Assembly (NCBI GenBank): GCA_951406725.2
Contig: OX597824.1
Coordinates: 85,312,001-85,376,000, forward strand
Reading direction: 5' to 3'
Length of the DNA stretch: 64,000 nucleotides
Origin: Octopus vulgaris
Taxonomy: Eukaryota
The notes under the pieces were generated by a model, which saw only the letters and a program-made list of their open reading frames with translations, had not been told where the DNA came from and did no database searches. Position 1 is the stretch's first letter. Every line of letters starts with the position of its first letter. A program made the position numbers and the translations under genes. This document shows positions 11,499 to 26,083 of this stretch, one piece after another.

Positions 11499-11720
11499 AT
11501 AATAATAAAGGGTAAAATTAATTAATTAATTAATAATTTTACCAAGTAGTTCGGTATGTAAAAAGAATCATTATCGGTAAACTTAAACAAAAAATTTTTA
11601 GAATTATGATTATAATTATAATTAGGGTTTAGTAAAAATTTCGGTATGTGGTGAAGCAAATTCTTGCTGAATCTTAATTATAATTATACTCATATTTATA
11701 AAATTTCTTACATATATATA

Positions 11721-11764
<44 letters not shown>

Positions 11765-11909
11765 TAGATACATACATACATACATACATTATTATGTGCG
11801 TGTTTCTCGCTTTCTAAATATATACACGCGCACACACACATACATACAATATATAATATATATTATATAATAACATATAAAATATATGTGTATATATATA
11901 TGGATACAT

Positions 11910-11984
<75 letters not shown>

Positions 11985-13724
11985 TGTGTGTATGGGGGGG
12001 ACATGAGCGTATATGAAGTCTTTCCATATTCATAAAAATATCCTCTGGCGAGATAAGACGTAAACAAAGTGGAATAAAAGACCAGAATAAGAAATATATA
12101 ACGCAAAGAATAAAGAACACAAGCTATTCAGATAACAATGAAGTCATTCTGAAATTATGACAAGTCTGAGATGTCTCAACAGATACCTTGATACACGAGA
12201 CTGTAACACAGAGATACGTATAACAGATATAACATACATATATGTCTGTATGTAAGCATATATGCATTACCATACTTACATAGATACGTATATACATACA
12301 TACATACATACATACATACATACAAAAGCACATACATATATGTGTGTGTGTGTGTGTGTATTCTCTTCTATTTTGAATTATTTGAAATCTTCATGTAAGG
12401 AAGGAGCTGGTTTTTAACGAAGATACAAATCGCAATCGTTGGAATGTAGATAATAAAAACAATTTCACTCTTTGAACTTGAGAAACATCTTGCATATTTT
12501 TGTCATTCCGCTTACAGATTTTATCTATAATGCGCGAGTTAGCAGGTTGATTTCCTTTTCTGAATCCCCAAATTATTATTCAGATTGCCACTTAGCCATT
12601 TACTCACAAAAACCAACTGCACCAGTGATTATAGGTGTAAATGTGAATTTGTAATGTGAGTATAGAAACTGGAAGTTCCAAAGCAGTTATCAACTCTGAA
12701 TAGGTCAAAGGTAGAGGTGAGCTCGGCTGGATTTGAACTCGGCCTCTTAAGCACTACCAGAATTATCCGAAGCGTTACCAGAATTTTCCGAAGCGGATTC
12801 AGCATGACACAATATGTAACAAGGCTAATCGTTTGAATTTAGGAACAGTATAACTGACGTACTTCTATCTAGTTTCACTTTCAAAGCTTGGGTCTATCCG
12901 AGTTTGTGGTTGAAATACACTTGCTTATAAATACCACGTTGCGAGATCGATCCCAAAACATAATGATTGTGAAGTGATTTTCTTAATCAATCGACTACTA
13001 CTTTATGTGAGTATGTGTTCAACGCAGACATACATTAACGCATATGTACATGTATTTCTTTATATAGTTTGATAAGATATTTATCTATTTATCAGTCAAC
13101 ACCCGCACAAAATATATGTAGGCGCAGGTACGCTGCGTAGTTAAGTATTTCGCTTCGTAACCACGCGGTTTCGGTTTCAATCCGTCACAATGTGCGGTAT
13201 CTTGGTCAAATATGTTCTACTATAGCACCGGGCTGACTAATGCTTTCGGTTTGAAATTGGTATCTATTTATCTACATCAAAAGGATCAAGGGTCTCTCCT
13301 AAGACATAGGATAATAAGGTTGTTTCCTGGATTCTGTGGTTTATGCATTACCCACTGGACGGGATGGTATTCCGTCACAAGATTACTCATTTTCGCCAGC
13401 TGAGTTAACTAGAGCATCATGAAATGAAGTATTTTGCTCAAGAACACAACGCATCGCCCTACCCATGTATCGAAACCACATTCATACAATCGTGAGTTCA
13501 AAACCTTAACCACTATGCTACACACCTCCACGTTTAATCGTGTTCCCACGTATATTCTTATGCAGGCTTAAACCAATTCTCTGGATACACTTAAATGTAA
13601 TTACACCTAATACATTGTTTTGAAGAAAGAACAAAATCTAACAAAACAAATTATGTGTTTATACATATCTATGAGCGTCACTGTGTATATGTATGTATGT
13701 AAATATATATATATATGTATCTAC

Positions 13725-14168
13725 ATACGTACATAATACATACATACATACATACATACGTACGTACATACATACATACATACATAAATACATATATACA
13801 TACATACGTACATACATACCTACCTACCTACCCACATAAATACATACATACATACATACATATACATACATGCATACATATATACATACATATACATACA
13901 TATACATACATGCATACATATATACATACATATACATACATGCATACATACATACATACATACACATACATACATACATACATACATACATACACATACA
14001 TACACATACATACATACATGCATACATACATACATATATACATACATACATATATACATACATACATACACACACATACATACATACATACATACATACA
14101 TACACACATACATACATACATACATACATACGTACATACATACATACATACATACATACATACATACA

Positions 14169-14197
<29 letters not shown>
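13725..14197. repeat. (CATA)n compound microsatellite
   Basis: Direct inspection; similar tracts at ~26260-27090, 43186-43432 and 44000-44280. Confidence 0.95.
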
Positions 14198-14199
<2 letters not shown>

Positions 14200-14501
14200 G
14201 ACAAGGTTAGGATATGCCTATGAAGAAGAAAAAGAAGAGGATTGTTAACAAACAAATGACAAACTTTTGACAAATAACATATTTCCAAACATATATTTCA
14301 TATTTACAGAAATGTTGAGATTCCAGCAGTTTACATCTCATTGAACGCATTGATGGTAAAAATACATCCTGTACATTTAAGCCATTACCACACATTCTTT
14401 ATAATCTAATGGCATTTTAGGCCAATTTAGCAATTTAGCTGCGGATAATATAGCTCCATTCTCAAATAACATAAACAAATAGCTTAACGATATAGACAGT
14501 A

Positions 14502-14576
<75 letters not shown>

Positions 14577-14912
14577 TACATACACACACACACGCACACG
14601 CACACACGCACACACATACATACACGCACATATATATCTACATATCTAAATGCATACACACACACATATATAAGCATAAACACGCATATATATATCTATA
14701 TACATACACACAAAATATATATATCCACACACACACACATACATACATACACGCACATATATATCTACATATCTACATGCATACACACACACACACATAT
14801 ATATATATGCATAAGCACGCATATATATCTACATACATACACACAAAATATATATAAACACACACACACACACACATATACATACACGCATATATATAAC
14901 TACATGCATACC

Positions 14913-14949
<37 letters not shown>

Positions 14950-15415
14950 GCATAAACATGCATATATATCTATATACATACACAAAATACATATATATCC
15001 ACACACACACACACACACATACATACACGCACATACACACATATACACACATACACATACACACACACATACACACAAATATGCACAATGTATAGAGATA
15101 TTTATATACAAACACAAGGACGATCCCGTTCTCCATCGCTTTTGTTTATGGTGGGGAGTTCTGTTATTGCTTCGTGCAGCTGTGCTACAGAGTACCGAAT
15201 AGCTTCAACCTTGAGCACTCTTGACCCCGTCCATCAACCACATCTCTATCATCCCTGCCACTTCAGTGAATACAAAAAAACCCCCCAAACAATTGCAGTC
15301 AACACCCGCACAAAATATATGTAGGCGCAGGTACGCTGCGTAGTTAAGTGTTTCGCGTCGTAACCACGCGGTTTCGGTTTCAATCCGTCACAATGTGCGG
15401 TATCTTGGTCAAATA

Positions 15416-15649
15416 GAAGGCGGCCAGCTGGCAGAAACGTTAGCACGCCGGGCGAAATGCGTAGCCGTATTTCGTCTGCCGCTACGTTCTGAGTTCAAGT
15501 TCCGCCAAGGTCGACTTTGCCTTTCATCCTTTCGGGGTCGATTGAATAAGTACCAGTCACACACTGGGGTCGATATAATCGACTCAATCCGTTTGTCTGT
15601 CCTTGTTTGTCCCCTCTGTGTTTAGTCCCTTGTGGGTAGTAAAGAAATA
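15416..15649 (+). mobile_element. SINE B long-tail nested in a SINE A-like copy
   Basis: Perfect 17-bp TSD GGTATCTTGGTCAAATA (15399-15415, 15650-15666); the empty site is present at 13196-13212. Confidence 0.95.
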
Positions 15650-15976
15650 GGTATCTTGGTCAAATATGTTCTACTATAGTTCCGGGCTGACCAATGCCTT
15701 CGGTTTGAAATTGGTAAAGCACGTCATTTACACACACACACACACACGCACGCACGCACATCATACACACAACTCACACATGCACACACGCATATTTCTT
15801 TTTTGCATTTTGATAGAAAGATTCTTGATGTAAATTCGTGTATTGAACCAAATTTTGTTGTGTCTTGGTGTGGGGTGGGGTCGTTATGCCACTAATAAGC
15901 ACACGTACAGGTTCAATTTCACTTCTTCTTCTTCATCATTATTATTTGTCAGTTGGTTAGTTATTTAACCAATCGA

Positions 15977-16037
<61 letters not shown>

Positions 16038-16042
<5 letters not shown>

Positions 16043-16229
16043 GGAAAGTTTACGAAAATAAACAAAAGAAGAAGGCAGGTGGAGTACAAACAAACAAATG
16101 TATTAATATAGCGCTCAGGAATAGAAATAGAAAAAGTCTTTTACGTTTCGAGCCTACGCTCTTCGACAGAAAGATACACAGAAAAAAACAAGGAGAGAAA
16201 AAAATGCGTGTAGGAGCTAACGATCTATC

Positions 16230-16230
<1 letters not shown>
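16038..16230 (-). mobile_element. PLE pLTR-like remnant in (TA)n
   Basis: Contains a hammerhead-like motif; related pieces at 19870-20066 and 24062-24125. Confidence 0.6.
16137..16174 (-). ncRNA. Minimal type I hammerhead-ribozyme-like motif (variant core)
   Basis: TCTTT-CTGTCGA-A-GAGC-GTAG-GCTC-GAAA-CG-TA-AAAGA: stem I TCTTT/AAAGA, stem II GAGC/GCTC, GUA triplet. Confidence 0.6.
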
Positions 16231-16261
<31 letters not shown>

Positions 16262-16640
16262 ATACTCATATGTACATATTGAAATAGAAAATTGGAAAAT
16301 GTTTTGGTATTATTTATTCCATATTTCATATGTTTCTTTGCAATTAGGAATTATAAAGGTATACATACAACTAGGAAAACATCTATTAGTAATTCATCAG
16401 ACCGTGAATTAAAACAATTATTTTAATTATTGGTTTGATGACAACTATTTAAACCTTATTTGAAATGAAACATGTAATACGGAATAAATAATACCAAAAA
16501 CATTCCAGTTTTCTGCTTTAATACGTAATTACTCAGCAATAAATATTTTTCAGTATTTAACAGTATTCTCCAGTATTTTCGATTCTCACATATATATATA
16601 TATATATACATACATATGTGTGTGTGTGTGTGTGTGTGTG

Positions 16641-17528
16641 TCCATGTCTGTGGTCACCGTTTGTAAGACATGCTTTTCCACAGCTCGTCTCTTTGAGTTG
16701 CAATCCTGGATTAGGCGTAGAACCGAGGAGGGGTGTTTGGCACCTCGAATGCCGTCAAGCGCTCATAGCCCTCCGCCAAGCGGGTAATGCGGTCGGTGGT
16801 AGTTCTACTCTAGCGTTCTATAGAGGCCTAGTGGAGGGAAAATGCGACGACATTCTCGGGAAAACTCTGGGCGTCGATGAGGATCAACTGACCAGTCTGT
16901 TTCGGAGAACTTTCGGGCCTGGTCCCATGGATAACTTCTAGAAATCCCTTGCCTGGCAATGTTACTGAGGGGCGCTGCTTGTTCGAGATAAACTTTACAG
17001 GCACGGAAGTACCGTCAGCCGGGCCTGCTCGAGGTGCGCCCAGAACGATGAAACCGTTCTGCACGCCCTAGTCCAGTGCCCGAGTATTGCTGATCTGTGG
17101 GTTTATGTCGAACACTTGCTGTTGCGTGTAGGACGGATCCAGCTGTCAGCTGAATCCATTGTGAAGATTGCCCCACCGCCCTCTTTTGGCTAGGAGACGA
17201 AGGCAAATTTTATTTGGACCCGTTTGAAAGGGCTAAAGACAGGCACTTTCCTCTTTGGTCAAGCCCTCATTAACGTTTTCAAGCTTCACCAGAAAAGGAA
17301 GTTGAGGGTGGAGAGGGGAAGTGTTGCCTTGTAGCAAGTTTGTTGAAAGGTTGGTGAATGTTGGAAGAATGGCCAGTGTGAAAGGAGCAATTCTGAGCGT
17401 GCACATGTAAACAAAAGGAGAAGGGCTCTTGCCCTGTTGTTCAGGCATCCGTAACTTTTGTGGTTTTTTCACGAGGTCCTTAATGCGCCTCCCCTGTTGG
17501 GAGTTTTAAATTGTTTAATTTTTAATCG

Positions 17529-17606
<78 letters not shown>

Positions 17607-17710
17607 TACACGTTGTAAAACCCATTGTATCGTCTTGTTTTTGTCTTTTATGTTGTTGCATGTGTTTTAATGTAATTTTATGTAAGCCCTTGTGGCCAAT
17701 AAACGAATTA
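16641..17710 (+). mobile_element. Tx1/L1-clade LINE, 5'-truncated 3' end (ORF2 C-terminus plus 3' UTR)
   Basis: Reading through stops gives KSLAWQCY*GALLVRDKLYRHG...CSRCAQNDETVLHALVQCPSIADLW, a zf-RVT-type CCHC knuckle at 17026; stop near 17410; ends GCCCTTGTGGCCAATAAAC. Confidence 0.85.
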
Positions 17711-17728
17711 ATAATAATTATTATTTAC

Positions 17729-17955
17729 TAGCGAGCTGGCAGAATCGTTAGCACGCTGGATGAAATATTTAGCAGTATTCCGCCCGTCACTACGTTCTGA
17801 GTTCAATTTCCGCCGAGTTCAACTTTGCCTTTCATCGTTTCGAGGCAGTTAAAATAAGTACCAGTTGAGTAATAAGTATCGATGTAATCGTCTCCCCCAC
17901 CCAAATTTCAGGCTTTGTGCGTATAGTAGAAAGGGATATTATTATTATTATTTTC
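17729..17955 (+). mobile_element. SINE B, short-tail form ending in (ATT)n
   Basis: Same head and body as other SINE B copies, different tail; also at ~49-275, 32869-33103, 34058-34280(-) and 34779-34996(-). Confidence 0.85.
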
Positions 17956-18538
17956 TTCAGTTTTCATACGGCAGACCTATTTATTATCAAAAGCGTTCCC
18001 TCCGTGACGATCATATTGACCTGTATACGGTTGTTCGATGCGTCTTTTTTCTTAACCATTTGTCTTTCCTGCACACCACGCATGGCATACCTGGCATCTA
18101 AGCATTCTATATGATACACATTCACAATTTTTTCACCCACCAGAATAACATGGGAGTTATGAAAGGAAAACTAACTAAAAGCCTGAAAGGAAGCATGGAG
18201 ATTTAGGACAAACTGATCAAAATGCTTTGGGCCGGCAAATGGTTAAGAGGGTATGATGCAATTTTAGGAAAATTTGGTGGCGATTTCTAGCATAAAAATC
18301 ACGTGTACGAATGTATAATTTTTAACAGTGTGTATATGCGTATTTATGTAGGCGGTAGCTATATTTACAAACCCATATATAAATATTTTTGCAGCTAACC
18401 GAACACGTAGCCGACTGCACTCATCAGTAGTGCTATCAAATAAATATTTATGAATGGAGACGTCTCGATCTACAACAGATTTTAGGAAACCTTTGGGTAA
18501 TGTTTTTGTTATCCTAAGCGCGAATCACACACATTCAT

Positions 18539-18599
<61 letters not shown>

Positions 18600-19071
18600 T
18601 CTATTCACATACATATACAAACATTGTATAGAGACATGTCATATATATGCACATAAGTAGAACTGTTATGGAATATATTTTTATTATTTAAGTGTAAAAC
18701 CACAAAAGTGACACAAGGACCAAGATTTTGATGCACTGAGCCTATTAAATCTGTTCTGCACACCTAAACGGTGGAGCGCTATTTTAGGACTAGAATTCTG
18801 CAACTCGACATATATATGTGTGTGTATGTGTGTATTGTTGTTGTCGTTGTTGTTGTTGCTGTTCTTCTTCTTGATGTTGGTGTTGTAGCGGCGAGCTAGC
18901 AGAATCCTTTGCACACCGAAAAAATGCTTAGCGGCATTTCATCTGTCCACCAAGGTCAACACTGTTTTTCACGTTTTTTGGGGTCGATAAAATGCTGTAA
19001 GTACCAGTTAAGCACTGGGGTCAATCTTATCGTCGAACCCCTGCACTCAAAATTATATGTATATATATATA

Positions 19072-19159
<88 letters not shown>

Positions 19160-19961
19160 GAGAGAGAAAGTTTGGCGGCTCGTAGATAAAATTAGTAAGG
19201 GTGCTGCTTCAGGAAAATTTTAGCTGTTGTTTTCATATTGTGTAAAAGGAAACAAACATTTAAAAAGAAAATTTATACATAAACTTGATCGGTTCGCGCT
19301 TTAGCCACTGCTGGGTGGTGTGTTTAATTTGTTCACTGAACAACGCCGCGAATTCCCCATTGTTTTTCAAAAATCTCCCTTAAATCACAAAATAAATGGG
19401 GTGGGAAGAAATGTGCCCTATTTTTCAAATCCTGGCAGTAACACTGAAGCTGGAAGCAGGATAATAATCTAATTCTACACTTTATCACATTCAAGAATTT
19501 AAACACGTTTTTAAGCACAACACACATGGCGTCACTACCTCTCACCCAGCACTGTCATTCACGCAGTGCTCTCTCTCCCTTGTGGGAAGCTTCCTATTTC
19601 GAACATATTGTGAGCATGCGCACAACAGCCAAACACCGTGTCGCTGGAACTGTGAAGGATTTTTGTATTTTTTTCATAAACTAGGGTATGGCCGTTGACA
19701 TTAAGCTTACGGATTATATAATGTCCTAGTATAAAGAAAGAATTAAAGAAAAAAGGACTCATTATATTGAATGCTATCGATAATACAGAGTGGGAATATG
19801 GGGTGATGCAGTTCCACAGTTCCTATACATATATACATACATACATACACACACACACAGACATATATAAGTAGTTGAAATTTACAGAGAAACAGAAGAT
19901 GAAGACAGATGTTTAAACAACAAACAGGTGAATTAGTTTGACGCTCGGGACGATGAGAAAG

Positions 19962-19999
19962 TCTTTTACATTTCGAGCCTATTCTCTTCAGCAGAAAGG
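19962..19999 (-). ncRNA. Minimal hammerhead-like motif, degenerate paralog of 16137-16174
   Basis: CCTTT-CTGCTGA-A-GAGA-ATAG-GCTC-GAAA-TG-TA-AAAGA. Confidence 0.5.
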
Positions 20000-20097
20000 A
20001 ACACGAAGAAATAAACAGAGAGAGAATAAAAAGAAAACTTATGGATTTAGCGGTCAATCATGGCGACTCTCTCTCTGTCTCTCTGTCTCTCTGTCTC

Positions 20098-20198
<101 letters not shown>

Positions 20199-21294
20199 AG
20201 AAAGGGAGAAAGAGAGAGAGAGAGAGAGATTAATTGACAGATAGATATATAGACAAACATAAATAGATAGATTGATATATAGGCAGACAGATAGATAGAC
20301 AGACAGACACATACTGTGTGACTGTCAAACGGTCACTAATTCCCTGGATTCTTGATTTTTTACTCCCTCTTTTTTAAAACACTGTCAATGTATATTTTGT
20401 TGTGTCTGGAGAGATTCATATTGCCTTAATGCCTTTAATAAACATTCATTGACAATGTTGTAAGAGCAACGAAAATTCTGGGAAAAAAACATGTAAGTAA
20501 TAAATGAGTGGAAATTGAACCGTTGAGTATGTTAGATATCAAGGCATTAAAGGAGTATGAGGCTCCCCAGACACAACGAAATTTGTTTCAACACACGAAT
20601 TCACATAAAGAATCTTGCAAACCAGATGCAAAAGCGAAATGTATACAATAAAATTTACATTTTATATTTCGATGAAAAGATGTATTATTAATAAAATTCA
20701 GATATTTGAATAGGGACACACATACACACTCATGTGTGTGAGTGTGTGTGTGTGTGTACGTGCGTGTGTGCATGCCTTTGCGAGTGTGTGTGCATGCCTT
20801 TGCGAGTGTGTGTGCATGCCTTTGCGAGTGTGTGTGTGTGTGTGCACGCGCGCACGTGTATACTTCCTTAAAACCGGTCCATTGACTAGTTACTCTAGCT
20901 TCCAAGACGTGAAGTCACTTCTTACGTAGCATGTGTATGCATAAATACATACATGAATTCAAACACACACACACACACACGCACACGAACACATATGTGT
21001 GTTATCGATGATCACGATGCAAAATATTATCATTATACACGTGCTGATACGTTTTTCAAATGCGTTTATACTTATACAGATATTACACAAATATTAAACA
21101 GACAGCCATATATTTACAAACATAGCCAGACACATGGCTATCTGCGTACATAAGTCGAGAGATGTAAACATACATCCACTGTTATACACACATATATCCA
21201 CTCCTACTTAACATACTCATAGAAACATATAAGCATACATGAATACGCGTTTAATATTTATATCTATATTATATTTATATATCATATATATATT

Positions 21295-21671
21295 TACTCT
21301 TTTAGTCTTTTACTTGCTTCAGTCATTTGACTGTGGCCATGCTGGTGCACCGCCTTTAGTCGATCAAATCGAGCCCAAGACTTATTCTTTGTAAGCCTAG
21401 TTCTTATTCTATCGGTTTCTTATGCCGAGCTGCTAAGTTACGGGGACGTACACAACAGACACAGATACACATACACACACACACACACACATACACACAT
21501 ATATATATATACATAAACATATATATATACGACGGGCTTCTTTCAGCTCCCATCTACCAAATTCACTCACAAAGCTTTGGTCGGCCCGAGGCTATAGAAG
21601 AAGACACTTGCCCAAGGTGCCACGCAGTGGGACTGAACCCGGAAGCTATTTACCACACAGCCACTCCTGCG

Positions 21672-21674
<3 letters not shown>
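21295..21674 (-). mobile_element. SINE A
   Basis: Similarity to the consensus-like copies; further copies at ~25605-25946, 29510-29873, 31211-31541 and 33405-33737 (all minus). Confidence 0.85.
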
Positions 21675-21725
<51 letters not shown>

Positions 21726-22171
21726 ATATTTAGCATAACTACAGATGTGCACCCACTCAGGCGTATACGTATGTGTATATGTTTTTTCGTGTATATGTAT
21801 GTATCTGTTAATATGAATGTATGCCTAAAGTATGGCCAAATGTCTCATGTATGTCTAACGAATTGTCTACATAATGACCAAATGCTTGAGAAGTTCGCTT
21901 TGCAGGCAGGCGGTCGTCCCATATCTTATGAATGAACCAGTGTAGAAGAAAATTGCATAGAAACCCATTCGGTCGAAATGCACCTTGTCTCGTATCGGGT
22001 CACGTTTTTTTTTTTTCTGCGTGATTATTACATTAAGGGCTGTACGTGTCCGTGGAAGGTTTAGCCACTAGCACGTTAATTCAGGAAGAAGTTATTTATT
22101 CATTTCATAGCAGAACTACTGAATCCTCACGGTCGAACGACGGAGACCCATCTTAAGACACGCACACGCAC

Positions 22172-22285
<114 letters not shown>

Positions 22286-22380
22286 TTATCTATCTGTCTG
22301 TCTGTCTGTCCGTTTGTCTGTCAGTCTGTCGTGTCTGACTGTGTATCTTTGTATGTATGCTTTTCTCACTTACTCTCTCT

Positions 22381-22444
<64 letters not shown>

Positions 22445-22707
22445 CACCAAGTAAATTAGGGGTTGTGGATCCAACCTACTAAGGGATAATGCTTATCCAA
22501 TATACTGTTGGTATAATACCAAATTATTAATACACAAGTGTTTTTAATTGCTATGCAATTAACATACATATTGTGTTAAATGGGTGAAGGTAAAGAGATA
22601 TTTTACCATTAATTTATAATACAAATAAGAAAATGGAGAAACAATTTAGTTGGTTTCTTATTTGTATTATATATATATATGTGTGTATGCATGTGTGTGA
22701 ATATATA

Positions 22708-23103
22708 TCTTTATATATAAAAGTCAAATTGTGTGTCTGTCTCCTACGATTTAGATTCCTAACTACTCCCACATTTTGCGGTGCAGTGTAACCAAAAGCG
22801 GGTATCTTATAGTCGTGATTCATATCGAGCCCTTTTGGGTATTAGCGCGCGTCTACGATGAGTCTACGATTTGAAAAAATAATTTACCATAATTTTTTCC
22901 CATTTTGATGCATTTTTTCGCTATTATATAAGGGAAGTAACTCTCTAAAATGTCTACGATGAGTCAACGATTTAAAAAAATTTACCATAATTTTTTTTCC
23001 ATTTTTAATGCATTTTTTTACTATTTTTTGGCTATAACTCTCTAAAAATGCTTATATAGTTATTTCCCTTACAAACCCGAGCAACGCCGGGCGATACTGC
23101 TAG
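22708..23103 (+). mobile_element. Non-autonomous Helitron
   Basis: A|TC start, subterminal hairpin CCCGAGCAACGCCGGG (23076-23091), CTAG|T end, no TSD; internal ~100-bp imperfect tandem duplication. Confidence 0.85.
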
Positions 23104-23110
23104 TATATAC

Positions 23111-23172
<62 letters not shown>

Positions 23173-23591
23173 TGGTATATAAATGCACATGCACATTCAT
23201 ATACACACACATATACACTCAGAGTGAGAAAGAGGGAGATATGATGATGATGAAATAACACAGAAAAGCGCGGTAAGTTAACGATGTTAATGGCTAGTCT
23301 GATGGTTTGAGAATTGTAAAGTGCTAATTATGTCGCTTCGGACAATGTCCTTTTTCGGAATGGACATAGAATGGAAAGAGAGACAAAAAAGAAAAAAAAC
23401 ATCATTAAACAGAAGGAGCTATCAAGGCGAAAATGCTGACGAAGCTTATCTACGGAAGCCGTCATCTTGTGTGTATACATATGTTTGTATGTATGTATGT
23501 ATGTATGTATGTATGTATGTATGTATGTATGTATGTATGTATATACGTATCTATGCATGTATGTATGTATGTATGTGTGCATGTATATATT

Positions 23592-23633
<42 letters not shown>

Positions 23634-23833
23634 CATATATGCGTGTGTGTGTGCATACATATATTCACAAAACACGTACATATATTCACAAATGTGTGTG
23701 AATATATATATCTATATTTAATAATTAAGGATAAAATCTTTAAGATTTTAAGTAGTCAGCAATTGTAAGTAGTATTTAATACTAGTATATATAATCATAT
23801 ATATATAATTATGCACATATACATACATGTATA

Positions 23834-23865
<32 letters not shown>

Positions 23866-23974
23866 CATACACACACATGCACATGCGTATACATGTGTAT
23901 GTGCATATATAATTATATATTATATATACTTGTATTATATATATATACACATACATACATACATACATACACAC

Positions 23975-24022
<48 letters not shown>

Positions 24023-24122
24023 GGATAAAATCTTTAGGATTTTAAGTAGTATTTAATACTAGTCTTTTGTTTATTTCCGTAAACCTGCCTTCGTCTTTTG
24101 TCTATTTTCATAAAGCTTCCCG

Positions 24123-24171
<49 letters not shown>

Positions 24172-24172
<1 letters not shown>

Positions 24173-24477
24173 TGGTACTCCGTCGGTTACGACGACGAGT
24201 TAGTTGATCCAGTCAGTGGAACAGCCTGCTCGTAAAATTAACATGCAAGTGGCTGAGCACTCCACAGACACGTGTAACCATAATACAGTTCTGAAGGAGA
24301 TTTAGCGTGATACTGAATGTGATAAGGCTGGCCCTTTGAAATACACGTACAGCTGAATTTTGTCACCTGAGTATACTGGAGCAACGTGAAATAAAGTGTC
24401 TTGCTCAAGGACACAACGTGTTGCTAGGAATTGAACTCACGACCTTACGATTATGAATACCCTAACCACTAAGCCAC
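24172..24477 (-). mobile_element. SINE C (tRNA head plus CORE-like block), tail type 2
   Basis: Head and GTTGTGTCCTTGAGCAAGACAC block shared with 51688-51937; tail shared with 63424-63745. Confidence 0.8.
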
Positions 24478-24645
24478 TTATAAAAAACCCCCCACAAATC
24501 TTGTAAATGCAGCTACCCAGAAGGTTGATAGTGGATTCCATGTTCCGGAGTCTTAATCTTTGTAGGACAGACCTACGAAAGCTAGCAAGCAGGTTGAAAC
24601 TCCGAAGTCACAGTCAACCTTCATCTTTCAAACGTGTAATAAATA

Positions 24646-25075
24646 TTTCTTTCTTTACTTAGCTTATTGCCCACAAGGGGCTGAACATAGAGGAGACAAT
24701 CAAAGAGAGACAAAGGGATTGAGTCGATTACATCGACCCCAGTGCTTAACTGGTACTTATTTAATCGACCCCGAAAGGATGAAAGGCAAAATCGAACTTG
24801 GCGGAATTCGAACTCGGAACGTAACGGCAGACGAAATACCTTTATTCTTTATTGCCCAAAAGGGGCTAAACATAGAGGGGACAAACAAGGACAGACAAAC
24901 GGATTAAGTCGATTACATCGACCCCAGCGCGTAACTGGTACTTTATTTATCGACCCCGAAAGGATGAAAGGCAAAGTCGCCCTCGGCGGAATTTGAACTC
25001 GGAACGTGACGGCAGACGAAATACGGGCAGGCAGTTCGCCCGGCGTGCTAACGATTCTGCCAGCTTGCGAACCTT
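24646..25075 (-). mobile_element. SINE B dimer
   Basis: One head plus two body-tail units; junction tail|GGTATTTCG at ~24840. Confidence 0.85.
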
Positions 25076-25143
25076 CGTAAAATAAATATCGAGTAATTTT
25101 TCAATTTAATAAATTGTTTTCATCGTAACTCGACATAAAACAA

Positions 25144-25208
<65 letters not shown>

Positions 25209-25573
25209 ATGTGTGTGTGTGTGAGTTTGTGTGTGTGTGTGGGGGGGGGGTTAGGTGTACATTCACTTGTTCTGTCAAGTAAGCTATTTACTTTCGAATT
25301 AAACACGGACGTGTCACATTATGCTAAAGACCAAGTGTATTTTTAAAGGAATTCTCAAGCAGAACGTGAATGGTACAATAAATAACATGGCTGAACTATC
25401 GACGTACGCGTAAAACCGAACCGACACGTTTCCATTCTTTTTACCTTGAAACGATTTCAACCCATATAATACTGGTCGATGCTATAGCTATGGTAAAATG
25501 ACGTACTGGAGGATCGAACTTGCGAACCACTTAAACACTTAAGCTATCAATACCTGTGCACTGCATACACACA

Positions 25574-25605
<32 letters not shown>

Positions 25606-26083
25606 CTCTTTACTCTTTTACTCTTTTACTTGTTTCAGTCATTTGACTGCGGCCATGCTGGAGCACCGCCTTTAATCGAGCAACTCGACCCCGGGACTTA
25701 TTCTTTTGTAAGCCCAGTACTTATTTTATCGGTCTCTTTTGCCGAACCGCTAAGTAACGGGAACATAAACACACCAGCATCGGTTGTCAAGCAATGCTAG
25801 GGGGACAAACACAGACACACAAGCACACACACATACATATACACATATATACATATATACGACAGGCTTCTTTCAGTTTCCGTCTACCAAATCCACTCAC
25901 AAGGCATTGGTCGGCCCGGGGCTATAGCAGAAGACACTTGCCCAAGATATATATATATATATATATATATATGCATGCACAGGTTGATGTCTTCATTCCT
26001 ATATATATTATGCTTACCAAACGATACAGATACAAATATATTTAAATGCTTACACACACAAAATATTTGTAAATACATAGAAC

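Noticed and set aside
13715-14288. Long MYVC/HTYI ORFs here and at 8.6, 26.4, 43.0-44.5 kb
   Set aside because: Translations of (CATA)n, (CA)n and (TA)n microsatellites that lack stops.
18385-18432. CTGATGA with a TGCAG/CTGCA stem on the minus strand (similar case at ~33860-33890)
   Set aside because: GAAA is missing and there is no stem I or III, so it is too degenerate to call a hammerhead.
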